In this document: positions 12,972 to 25,500 of the stretch, piece after piece
Position numbering within the stretch: position 1 is the first letter of the stretch
Layout: every line of letters begins with the position of its first letter
From: Aplysia californica
Taxonomy: Eukaryota
DNA: 64,000 nt
Assembly: GCF_000002075.1 (NCBI RefSeq)
Contig: NW_004797441.1
Location: forward strand, 733,047 to 797,046
Direction: 5' to 3'
Position numbers and translations under genes: made by a program
Notes under the pieces: generated by a model
Seen by the model: the letters and a program-made list of their open reading frames with translations, nothing else
The model's database searches: none
What the model was told of the DNA's origin: nothing

Positions 12972-14039
12972 TCATTAACCCCGTAACCCTGAGCCGGGGA
13001 GCTCCGTCGGGCTGCTGAGTCACGCTAACTAAAGGTAACAGAATCGGGCGAAAAGTGACGCCATGTACGGTGCTCGCCGCTCGCAACTGCATGAGGTCAC
13101 ATATGAAAGCGCGGGACATTTGTCTGTCTGCATTTATGAAAGAGATGATGTGGAAATATTTATTGCCCTCAGCTGAAACCCGGTTCTTGTGGATTTTTAT
13201 TTCAGAATGGGTTCTTAGGCATGCAAATTATAGAGAAAAGATTACGCTGCAAAAGTTGCAAAAGGTCGGGTAACTTTGTGCCCTGGACTACCCCGAAGAG
13301 TGATTTAATTATAGTATGAATCTGAAATTGAATCTGAAGCCTTCAACATACAGTAATTTTCGGTGATTTTGTAGTTTTGTTAATTAAACGTCCAAAGCTG
13401 AATGCCAGAGATCCTGAATTGCCAGGTAATTGTTGAGGAGTGAACTAAGCGTCAGACAGGAAGGAAACACTAGAGTAAAGCCAGAAAAATTAATTCAAGC
13501 AAAGAATGGCGCTTTATCGGCAGTCCACCTCCCAATTATTATTCGCCCGTTTAGGTCCCATGAGGCAAGAGTGGGGGGGGGGGGGCGGGGGGGGGGGGTT
13601 CAGGGGCATTTTTTGACCTAATCAAAATATGGAGGGGGGTTTAAGGGGGGCCTGAATTTTACCATAATTTGATGGTTTGTAAAGGTTACATCCCTGTTTT
13701 TTGTGTTGCCTATTTGGTCATCAAGACTTCAGGATTTCTTCTCTGGATGTAAACAAATGGATTGTGGACTTTAACGAACGGAACTACAAGATCACCTAAT
13801 TTTCATGTATACTATAGGGGTAATTTTTAAGCTGCACCTTTTTTTAGCAATGACCACGAAAAACCCTTTTTTTGCCAGAAAGTGTTTGCAAATAGGTGCA
13901 TTTTGTAGCTGTATCTTCACAGAGCATGGAACTTTTTGAATTTTTGAAATCCATCAATAAACAAAAAAGTTACTAATTTTTTGATAAATTAATTTTTGGT
14001 ACACTTTTAATGAAAAACCCCCAAAATATGGGACGTTCT

Positions 14040-14390
14040 TTGGTGAGTTTTGAGACAATATTTGTCTTAACTCGCTCATTTCTCGGAGTATTTAAAAGAA
14101 ACTTGGCAACCCAGTACATTTTCTAGTGCAGAATCTAGTCCTGCTTTCAGATTTTTCATAGCTATCCTACTTTTTGAGATATGAAGATGTTTATAGGTAA
14201 AAATGTGGCGGTTTTCGGTGCGTTTTGAGACAATATTTGTCATAGCTCGCCTATTTCTTAGAATATGTAAATGAAACTTGGCAGTCTAGTACATTTTTTA
14301 ATGCAAAATCTAGTCATGCTGTCAGATTTTTAATATCTTTAATACTTTTTGAGTTTAAAGACATTAACAGGTAAAAAAGTGGCGTTCTTT
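14040..14390. repeat. Two tandem ~175-bp units (GAAACTTGGCA motif), followed by a 33-bp hairpin (14527-14559) and CTAG at 14564-14567; candidate rolling-circle (Helitron/Helentron-type) non-autonomous element
   Basis: Units start GGTG(A/C)GTTTTGAGACAATATTTGTC at ~14042 and ~14217. Hairpin GAGCTGGATTTATTAG/CTAACAAATCCAGTTC. The tandem repeat is directly seen; the class is inferred. Confidence 0.55.
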
Positions 14391-14740
14391 ACAGATTTAC
14401 AAAGATAAATCAGTCATATCATACGTTCTCCCAAAGTCATGATATTTGAATGAAACTTTGCAACATAAAAGGTTCCTCCTTGTCAAGCAATGCTCTGGAT
14501 CAATTTGTCACAAAAATGTAAGTAGAGAGCTGGATTTATTAGTCTAACAAATCCAGTTCTGTACTAGTAAAAGCATGCATACTTTGTTATAGAAAATAAG
14601 ATCGTCTCAGTGTATATTGTTGGACAGTGTCCTATTGTGTGGTAGATTAAGATACGTTCAGATAATATAGTTTACAAGTCATGGGAATATTTCGCATGTG
14701 TAGGCTACAACTCATACAATAAATGTAACATTATTTACAA

Positions 14741-14850
14741 CCCCCCCCCCCCCACCCCTCTCTCGATCTCTCTCTCTCTCTCTCTCTCTCTCACGCACAC
14801 ACACATATACACACACACATGCATGCGCACGCACTCACGCACGCACGCGT
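14741..14850. repeat. Compound microsatellite poly-C/(CT)n/(CA)n/(CACG)n
   Basis: Direct inspection. Confidence 0.9.
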
Positions 14851-16280
14851 GAATGATAACAATGTATAGACGGGATTATCTTCCCAGACTGGACTAAATA
14901 AGTACCATACTCTCTAATAACAATCTTAATGCCTCACTTTTCCAAACAGAGCACACAGGACGAGTCCAAGTGTGTGCTTTCCCAAGAGGGGGGAATAGGC
15001 TTTCATAACGCAAACAAAAATGCCATACCACTTCTCAAGATGTTTGCTTTTCTGTTTCTATTCTTCTGTCATGCAATCAAGCAAATAAAAATGACTACAT
15101 CTATTGTATTGTGACTAAAATGCTACAAAAACGCAAATTATCAAGGCCCCCGTTTAGTTTTCAAGTGTCCTTCCCCCTCCTCTCCGGTTCACATAAGCGT
15201 GGCCTCGATTGTAGCGCCCAAGGCGACCGATGGCTGATGACGTCACTCAGTGGAAATTTCCCAGCCGCCGGTCATTCACCAAGCACGCGCAAATGGCAAT
15301 GTCGCTTTTTCCCTTAGTTACTCCCACATTTTTAAATATTACGCAAAAACCGCTAAACACAGAAGCATGAAATTTTAAGGGAATAAAGAAAAATGGTGTA
15401 CAACGTATCAGTCAGTTTGACAAATCACAGCTCTGAAAAATCTTCAAAGCGCACCACATCAACCACTTTCGCTAACGTTTTCGACTACTTCTTGGATGGG
15501 TACAAAGTTGTCAAACTGCATACTACAAGATTGACCTCTTTTCTGATTGGCTGCCAAGTTTCATTCATATTCATTCACGAGAAGCGGCGTGAGAGCGGGT
15601 TGAAGACAACAACCTTTGCGTTAGTGCGTCCCACGAAACGGGGGCCAAAAATCGGCAGAACAAAACGCGCTCGGTGGGCATTGCTATTTTTTTATCTGGT
15701 ATACTAGGGAACCGCTTGAGCTACCGTCTCTAGTGACCCCACCATGACCCTTTGACTGTGCTATCGGGACGGACCGAGTTGTTACTACAATAATATAACT
15801 ACACGCATGCACGTACGATATGTGTGTCCCCAGGAACGCATGCATGTTTTTTAATGGACCAGATGGAATTATCAGCCCGCTCGAAAGGCTCTGCCTGTCT
15901 CTCTCTCTCTTTAATCTCTCTCCCTCTCTGTCTCTCTCTTTAATCTCTCTGTCTCTCTCTTTGAACTTCCAGGCCTACTGCGGAAAGGGTTCCTGCATCA
16001 TAGCAAGCAAAGGTAGGGCCTGAAATCAAAGTCGACAAAGTTGTGAAACTAGTTACATCAGTTGTTTAGATCTAGATCTACATCTAGTTACAAATTAAAA
16101 GTTCAACTGGATATTACTGACAGTTCTGATAGTATATGAAATCCACACCGGCAGGTCTTGTTATTTAGATTCTAGATTCTAGATCTATTTTCTGTTCGGA
16201 TGGAGTCGCCCTTTTCGGCTTTCACTTTACACTACTTACTACTACAGTTACAGTTCACACACACTTTACGAAAGCCCCAC

Positions 16281-16331
16281 CTTAACGAGGATCTGTCCCA
16301 CATCCTCAGGACGAGGTTCAATTTCCGTCAT
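16281..16331 (-). CDS. IQCH: Probable first coding exon of IQ motif-containing protein H (MTEIEPRPEDVGQILVK); remaining exons not found in window
   Basis: ATG in good context (AAAATGA), 17 codons, phase-0 GT donor (AAG|GTGGGG). Resembles the human IQCH N-terminus MAQNTENHDPVGSILIQ (recalled). Divergent from AAGAB with 176 bp between start codons, as in the human head-to-head pair. Confidence 0.6.
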
Positions 16332-16507
16332 TTTGTCCCCACTATTTTGCAACTGATATTATATCTACATCAACTGTAGGGGTATCACAACCACTGAAGA
16401 CCAAGAAAGTTTTAAATGTGTAGCCTCCGCAGGGAGGCCGCCATCAGGTTCCTCAGCAACAATGTACACATCAAAATTTGATGACGTAGTTAGCAGTCAA
16501 ATCCAAT
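16332..16507. promoter_or_regulatory. Putative compact bidirectional promoter/5' UTRs between IQCH-like and AAGAB
   Basis: 176 bp between divergent ATGs. CRE-like TGACGT at ~16482 and YY1-like AATATGGCG overlapping the AAGAB start. Confidence 0.5.
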
Positions 16508-19500
16508 ATGGCGCTGCCCTGTGTTTTGTTTTCTTCCTCAGTGGCTGATTACGATCCGAAAGAATTTGTGAAAAGTAAGTTTAAATCTTCTATTTTGTGT
16601 ATGTTTTCGAAATGTTATTGCAAGAACTCGCTGTTTACTTTAAAGATAGATCTTTAAGGTATTCTGTTAGACCCAGGTCTAAGTGCATCAGATCAGTCAT
16701 CAGTGTCTGAGTCTGTTGTTACTGTAGTTGTAGTACTGTAGTGTAGTCTGTAGTAGTGTTTAGTGTTAGGACTTTGTATGTCAACTGACTCAACTGTGTG
16801 TGCGATGCCGGCTGATCACGATGGTAGAGCTAGATTCTACTATCTAATCTAGATCTAGATCTAGATCTAAATTCTATAGATCTAGATCCGCCCGCAGATG
16901 CATTGTTTTGACGGCTAAACTGCCTCAGTTTTTGCTCACACTCACAGAACACACAAATGACCACTAAAACTTAGGTCTACAGTAAAACCTTTGCAAATCC
17001 CCCTTTTCATTTCTTTGTAAACTCAATTACCTGTGCTCGGGTTTAATGGGGCAAGGAAAGGCACAAACTTAGATACGCTGGAGACATCGAGCGAGCTAAA
17101 TTGCTGGGGGGAAGGGGGTTGCGGGGCTGTAGGTGGGGTCCAAACAGGCAGTCTGCGGTGGGGCGTTGTGATTGGCCAATCCAGTGATGAGTGAGGTGGG
17201 GCAGGCTGCGGAGAGAGATGATGTAGAGAGACTCGTTACGTAAGCTACTATAAAAGTGATGTGCCATAGTCTTAGCCAAGACACTCAGTATGAGAGCGTG
17301 TACTGTATAGGCCATCGGGAGGACTTCCGTAACAAGTGACCACTATGAGACAGAGCAGAATTGAGAGCTTGGGGTCGGGGTAGGGGTAAGGTTAGGGGTT
17401 GGGTAGGGTTAGGGTTAGGTCTAGGCCTCTTCTTTATTGTGTTTGATGGGGTGGTCGCTCGTTACGGAAGTCCTTCCTGGCCATCCCTAGGCGTGGGCTA
17501 GGCCAAAAAGTAAAGGAAGAGGAGAGCGTGTATAGATCTAGTGTGTAATTCCTGATTCATTGAATTGGGATCGTTGATGCTCAGGCATATATATGCCCCC
17601 GTCCACTTCACCAGTTCTACAGTTGGCCTGCCGATACGATAGACTGCACAAAAGCAACAAGACCAAGGAAAAGATGGCTTCAAACAGAGACAAAGAAATG
17701 CTTCTCACTTGAATTAAAGACTGAGCTAATCAACGAAGTTGACAAGAAAAGGAAGACTAATCTAAAGCGCAAATTTTATTGTATCAATATGGAAAGGAGC
17801 TAATCATGTGGATTAAAAAAATTTTTCCGGTAATTTCCCCTTTGCATTCCTACTGCGGGAACTTGCCTACAGCGGAATTTTTCTTCTGGAACCAAAAGTC
17901 CCGCTATATTGACAAGTGCCTGATTCCACTGCATCTTGACACATTTGACTGCTCCAGTTCAGGACAAATTCGAGTCGTGTGGAATCCGCCATTAGTCTAC
18001 CTTTTTCTGTCGACTATTGAGAATATTGGACTTCCTTTTTGGAAGGAGAGGAGGGGGGTGCAAAAAAAAAAAATGCCGACCCCCCCCACCCCACTGAATA
18101 AAGCCACAAACATTTTCCAAAATACTGAACTCAACTTTTTTGTATTCCCCGCTCAAAATATCCCCTCTTTTGTGTGTTGTTGGTCAGCCGGCCTTCTGCG
18201 GAACTCCTTCCATAAAAACAAGTCTAATAAATATTACTACACCAAGCATTGGTCCAAGTCCTTTTGTAATATAGTCTGTATAAAAATATCCTTAATTATA
18301 TGTGAGGCAGCGTGGTGGAATCAGGCTCTCGTCAAATTTTGGGCATGTAGAGTTATTGGTATCATCTTAAAGCTTGTTCACTTGTCTTTATTTGGATGAA
18401 AAAAATATCCATTTATCTTGAATGAATACAAGTCGAGATATTTGCGAAAGAAGGAGGTGGGGGTCACCTGTTATCAGAGACAAAATTAGTGAGAAAATGG
18501 CCACCAAAGATTCGTTAATTCCTTAGCTTAAGAGTCCATGGTAGCTGAAAATTTAAATTTTTTGTGTACCTTTAATCAACGTTTTTCAGAAAAAGCCACA
18601 CAGAAATTAGTTTTTAAATTGGCATGAAAGGTGTTGAACCGAAAAACAAAAATTTGATACAAATTCACAAACCTGCAGAAAAATGCAAGTTTTTTCACTT
18701 TCATTATTTTGACGAGAGCCTGATTCCACCACGCTGCCTCAATAAGCTCATGAACTAATGATTTGCAGTGGGTATAAAGTCAAAATTTGTTTAAAGCAGA
18801 TAAAAATGAACAAATAATAAATCCAGCCTCTATGGTATAGACCAGAGGAGAGGTCTAGATCTATCCTTTTATTGTCACTATTGACCAAGACTAGTTCTAA
18901 TGTCTCATGAAAATTTCAGATTTGCCACAGTTTGTACATTTTCTAATTACGTGGATGCAACTTTAAAAAATACTTTCGAACTGTACCAAATTTTCGTTCT
19001 ATGATTATTAGGACCAAATTTATGGCGTTTTTTTAAAGGTAAAAACCATTTTTAACATTACTAAGGTTAATTACTATTTTTAGTAGTCTTAATAGTGTGT
19101 GTATGTTTTAGTGTTGTGAAGTTAACTAGGTCACGATTGAGTTTATCACTTATTGTGTCTTTTTAAATGAATTAAATCATACACATAAGTTTCTCAATAT
19201 GATTCAGACTAGTTTAGGGCCAAGATGATAAAGGTCAGTGTATAGTGTTCAAACCATGGCTTAGAAAAGAAAGTTGGTTTGTCCTACTAAATCTTTTTTC
19301 TCACCCAGTCTTGTCAATAGTCTGTTGGGCTTTGTGAGATTGAGAACTAAGAACTTCGGTTGCGATTGGCTGGAGTGCAGTACAAACTAAAGCCAGTGAT
19401 ATGTTCCAGTTAAGTTCAAGCTATCAGTACTCAACTGTTTAGAAGGTATGACAGGAATTATTTTTAATAGTATTATAATCATACCGGTTCCCGTGCTCAT

Positions 19501-22500
19501 TTTGTGTTTCTGGCTGTCTTTTTTGTTCCAGGAATTTTGAATGTTGCCGTACTTCCTACACCTCAGATTCTCACAGATAATGTTGAGAGCTATGAGTGGG
19601 CCTTTGAAAACAAGTATTATAGCACAAGTGTTCACTTGTGTACCACTGACAGTAGGACCATTGGGGACCAAGATTTTGCAGAATCTGTTGAAGCTTTTGT
19701 CCACTACTTTGACCCTAACCAGGTAGTCTATTGCTTTTTTTATGAGCCTGATGTATATCATGGTGTGCACAATAGGTCTGCTTTTACAGTGTTTGTTAAG
19801 TATACATTTCGTGATTGTGTATCCTAGTGTGTCTGTGTCAACTAAATTACCAGTAAGCATACTTGTCATGACGCGATTGAAACAGGCGCTCGTCAATATT
19901 TGGGCATATTGATTTATTGGTATCATCTTAAAGCGTGTTTGCTTGTCTTGCTTTCAGTGAAAAAAGTAACCATCTATATTCAATAGAAGTCGAGATATTT
20001 GCTTTTGAAGGATGTGGGGGTTGCCTGGTTTCAGGGGTAAAAATAAAGAGAAAATTGCTGTCAAAGTTTGATGAATTCCATAGCTGGAGAGCCCTGGGAA
20101 ACTGAAACTTTACTTTTTTTGCGCCTTTAATCAACGTTTTTCAGTAGAATCCACACAATAATGTGATTATAAATGGACATAAAAGATGTTTAAAAATTGC
20201 CAAACCAACAGAAAATCGCCTGTTTTTTTAAATTTCATTATTTTGACGAGCGCCTCATTTCACCACACTGTGTCACATATGTTGTGATTTGTTTTAAGTT
20301 GGTGGGGGGAGGGGGGGGGGATACTTTTTGTTCTATGCTGCATCATTTCATTACCTTTTCTTTCTTATCTCATTGCTTTATAAAATTATACTTAAAGTTT
20401 AGTTGTATGTAGCTACTGAATTTATTCCACAAAGAGCTTTGAAAGTTGAAAGGGCTTTTACTTTTTGCCTTGAGTTGGACTGGAGTGTGCTCTGTTTCAT
20501 ACTTCTGATGACTTTGACACCGCGTGTTTGAAAAAAAAATGTTTTGTTTTCCCTCTATACATATTTTTTTTTGTCTACTTTTTTCTACAGCTTAATTCTT
20601 TTGAACTTGCAAAGGCATGGCTTCCCTACCTCAAGCATATTGAGCCAGAAATTCAAATCTTGGTCTGTGAATGTAGCAGATATACAGATGGTAAGAGTCT
20701 GTCTTTCCATGAAATCAACTGAATTCTTCATTTTGTTTTTAATGAAAGGGAAGCATGGACAGCTAAATTTTGTTGTAGCAATTTATGATACAATTATCAA
20801 TACCATTTTGTTTTTTAGTACTTTTGAAAGAAGGTCTTTCATAAATTTAAGTTACTTATTTTGAAAGAGTGTTTTAATTACCAGACTGTAAATTTGTAAT
20901 CCTGGCATAAAGTTCAGTCTGCTCATGTTTAGGTAGAAAGGAGCAACTGTACCCATGACCTATAAATGATTGCATGTTTGTTTAAATTACTCAACTTAGT
21001 TTTGATCGCATTTGTATTTATCAAATTGTATTAATATATATTTCCCTAACCTTTTTACAGGTTCTGTTGTTAACTACTTTTTTTTTCTTCATTTCAGTTG
21101 TATGTAGGAAGGAAACACTTGAATGGTGCATTCAGAATGGATTTGAGTTGGTTGAACTATCACCTGAAAACGATGAAGATGAGGGTAATTAATGCACACT
21201 CAAACCCTATTATACCGTCAAACTTTAGACAAGCATGAAGCTGGCAGTTTGATGGGGCTGTTGGTATATTTATTAACAAGTTTTAAATAGCAAAAACTGC
21301 CAAACATCAGGGGAAATAATTCTGCCATCAGAGCAATTTGCTGTTGTGACTTTGAGGGCTTTGTTTTAAAATATTGCAAACTTCTTACTTTTTCTGAGCA
21401 GTCAAGCATGAACGTTTTCCAGCCATCTTGACAAATGGTGGGGTAGACTGGTAGAGACAAAGTGTGGACAGTTTTGCCGTACCTAGGTCTGTCTTGCGTA
21501 GTTGCTGTGCTCAGAGGAAAAACAATAAGAAATCAGTAACGGCTACACCAAAGCGTTAGGTCATGACCATGTAAATTCAAATTGAAAATTACAGCCAGAT
21601 TGGAGGCTAGGGCCTACTTTTCAAATTCAAATGCTTTCCGTCTGAAATCTGCAAGATGAGAGTTGGGAGGTGAGGTAGGAGGGGAGAGAGCAACTAGTAC
21701 TAGCTCACAGTCATGTGTGGGAGAAAGGAGATTATTTATTCCTGCACAGTTGTTGAGTGGGTACTTTGAGTGATGTGTACTGTGTATCTTTGCCTGCCAA
21801 TTTCATTGTCGGTGCTGTAGCACATATTTACATTAATTTAGTAAGGACCATATGACTTGGGAAGATGGCAGTTTAAGGGGACAAACCGTATGTTTATACA
21901 GGTAATGCTTTTCATACGTTTGCAAAACCTGGTGGTAAGCGGGACTGGCGGCATAACAGGGTTTGATTGTACTCATTATTATGTTATTTTTCTATTAATA
22001 TATTGGGTAAATTTATAGAAACCCTCCTGTCTCATAAAGGGTATTATTTTGTAGCTTTTTATGGGTCTTTTAGGGCCCTGAACACGATTTATCATATATT
22101 GTATTAAATATTAGATTTTGAAGGCAGAAACCCATCAGATCAGAATGTCTCGGCTTCCATTGTGATTATTGCAATGTGTCAAACTTGTTTATTATGAAAA
22201 CCTGTGCAATGCCGAGAAGAAAATAGAAACTGACTCTCTCCCTTGATACAATTTTATCTAAAGTGGAAGGTATTGTTAAAGTATAGGCTCAGTGTAATTA
22301 ACACATATGGGACCGGCCTCACACTTGACTTTCAGTTCCCCAGGACCGTAGCTGTCGCCCATTTTCTGACTATGCGAGATGCATGTTACTCTAGTATGGA
22401 TAACTCAGCCACTAGTAAATTTGTAAACATGGAACTTCACTAAACTGTTAAGAATATTTGTTTCCCAATGCTAAAACACCTGTTTAAAAAAAATGTATTT

Positions 22501-25500
22501 TGGTTTGAGTCATTAAGATGTAATCAATTATGTAACAGTGAACTTTTATCCAGAGTAGAACAATGTATGATGATTTAGGAGATGGCCCAAGACCCCAGCC
22601 ACCTTTCAATGTTTCATCATCATCTGCCTCTTTCACCCTGGTATTGGATGTAGGCTGCCAAGAAGCTATTGTGGGCAATCTTCTCTACCTTCAGCCACAT
22701 GTGGCTCCGTTTGCCTGATTGTTATTTCAATGTTTGGTCCAGTAAAGTTTCAAGCAAAAATGCATTTTTTCTATTTGACCTTGATCATTGCTACTGACAT
22801 TAACGTGAGACATATTCTTTGACTTTGTGACTTGATTAGTAATCTTGTAAAACTGACCTCATCTTTCATTTGTCTCTACCCCTCCCCTTTTGTTTTCTTG
22901 TTCCCTTGCAAATAGTCTTTCTTTCACCAATTATTGAGAGCAATATTTTTATCAATTTAGGTCTGTAGAGTAACTATTTTCCCTATATATGATGCAGATT
23001 TTCACAAATAGTTTAGTAGAAGCAGAATGATTTGCAGTTTGTTTGCCAAATAAGAATACGCTACTGAAGGCTGGTACTCAATGTCTAAGCATCACTGTAA
23101 AGGCACTGTAAATGTATTGTTTATGTTCTAAGTTACTGCGAATGTTATGTGAATTTATCGATATATTTTTCCAAAAGTTGTAGAGGTTTGTTCTTTTTTG
23201 GAGGGGGGGGGGGGGTGGGGACCGCCTGGTAAAGATATTACTGCATTATTACGTTACAGAATCATATTTGTGTGTGTGTTTTGTGTTTGTTCATAATGGT
23301 ATTTTGTGCTTTGAGAGACAGTTTATTCTTTAGATGATGTCTCATGAATATTTGTAGCAGCAAACATGAATTGAAATTTGTTTTTTCTTTTTCAGATGAT
23401 GACTTCCCAGAAACAACAGGAATGGCACGAATTATTCAAGCACTCAATGCTCATACCTGGCCAAATATGGAAATGAAAGGTATGTGTGTCCCTTGTGCAC
23501 AAAGTTTTCTTTTGAAATTTAAGTAACTTATAATTTTATGAACTACTTACTTTTTATGAAACAATTGTCCAGCCTGAAGGAATTTGGCATGTTACAAGTA
23601 CTCTTTTTGTCTGCCAATGTGATATATAAGGGCAAAGTGTAGTAAATTGCCGTTACTCAGACTTTGAATTGATGAGATTGTTCTCTACACTGTGGGAGTA
23701 ATACAGTTTAAGATGTCTCTTATGTACATGTATAGAATTGTGTGAGAGGCAAAATCCATGAAATAATCAGAATTTTTTATTCTATCTCGTTGCAGACAGT
23801 CCTCCAGTGCAGAGCCCGTATTTGCGCCAAATGATGAAAGAGCAGCATTTGATTAACCAGCAAAATGCGAATGCTGTGCTTAATTCTGGTTCTGAAACCA
23901 GTGCCTGTGAAAATAATGAAGATTCCTTAACCGAAGGTGTCACTTGCAATTCTGAAAACCAAGACACAGATACAGACTTATCTTCACATGATGCAGGCTC
24001 AGAAACTGACAATGTAAAGAAGACCGACATGAGCAGTAATAAGGAATCAGTGTGCAATAATTCTACTGGTGCTGTAACAGGGAATGAAGAGAACGTACAG
24101 CAGTCCAGCAATGCTTCCACATCCAACAAGTCGGCAGACAGCGGAGACAGTGGAGGGGGATCAAGTGCTAATGAACAAATGCCTCTTGATGACATCAACT
24201 GGAAAGCTCTTCTGGCAGACAGTGCACAAACAGGTACCATGCTTTATTTATGATCTCGTATTGGTTGTTGTTAGAGTCACAGAAAATCACATGAACAAAA
24301 TGATTACATGGGGAAGGCTGGGGGGGGGGGGGGGGGGGGGGGGAGAGACTAGCAAAATGTCAGTCAGGAATATCAAAGTGACCAAGGAGTTTGTCCCGCC
24401 TGCAACACACTTTTACTGTTAATGTGGAGATGCATTTACCATTGATTTTTAATTGTTTCACTTGGTATATACTGTAAAGTCTGCTTAAGCTGAACATGGT
24501 TAATCCCAAAACAGTGGTAAACGGAACTGACATTTTGATGTTCTTAATGAGGATGAGTTTTCACTGTTTTTAGTCTTCTGTTAGATAAGTCTGTGACTTT
24601 GAAACTAACAATTTACAGTCCTTACTTTATGAAAAGTTTGTTTATTGCAGGGTAATCCTTGCATTTTTGCTTCCATGTTTTTGATTTGGACTGTTGATCA
24701 CTTTAAATATCGAGAAATGTAGTGCGTTGGAACATTTTCGAGTTTCCTGTTTGTTATTTCTCTCTGATTGACCACTGCAGTTCTTCCTTATCCATCCCAT
24801 CTTCACACATTTTCTCAAATATCTGCCTTTGTTCCTCTGTGCCTTAGATTTAAACAACTATTTTGTGTGATGGATGTGGTAGAAAATGAGAAAATTCAAA
24901 TGAAATCTTGATGATTTGTTTTGTTGATTTTGGGTTGCAATATCACCTAAGAAAATCATGAACAGGAACTTGGAAAGTCTTTATTCCAATTTAACAAATA
25001 ATCATCATTGTCTTTAAAATTGTTTTTACAGATGCTCCTCTTTCTGAAGACGACATTGGGGTGGAAGAATTTGAGCAACTGTTTATGAAGTTGAAAGTCA
25101 TGAAAGGTAACTATTCTTGTCTTTTCTGTGGATTGTCATGCCTGTCTTTCTTTGCACCGATAATGAGGCTATATAATCTGACAATGATTTTTTCATACAA
25201 CTCACAATAAAACAGTCTTTTTTTCCTAAATCAAGACTTGTACCTCTCAAGCAGTCTTGATTCTTCTTGCAAGCTATGTTACTCGTTTGGAGAATGTGAC
25301 CATAAATGTAAAGATCGATATTATATACTCCTCACTGATGATGGTTACTATTATCAACTTAATCAAACCTTACTTCTTCTGACAGTTTTCTCAACCATTT
25401 CATTAGGAAATGGCCTGATTCTAAGTTATTATCTGGTTTGCTCCTTCTTTCCTATTCCTATCAAGCATCGATCGTCCTAATCTCTCCTCCTTTTCTTTGT

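Larger units (their letters stand above)
7545..13067. repeat. ~210-bp tandem repeat (unit 1 7545-7755; unit 2 7755-7868 + 12972-13067) split by the Gypsy insertion
   Basis: Unit 1 reads GGGCTCATTAACCCC uninterrupted. Unit 2 reads GGGTTCATT[LTR element]TCATTAACCCC. Confidence 0.8.

Noticed and set aside
2398-16280. IQCH exon 2 (expected roughly VQEDL..LK..L...D...LE.AI.RTE.GL)
   Set aside because: Searched the non-TE minus-strand stretches by eye and found no match. It may lie left of the window or in the gap.
17779-18399. 206-aa ORF in AAGAB intron 1
   Set aside because: Non-ATG start, runs through repeat fragments and MITE A, no recognisable domain.
19387-19926. 179-aa minus-strand ORF
   Set aside because: Antisense to AAGAB exon 2 plus intron/MITE sequence, with no family motifs.
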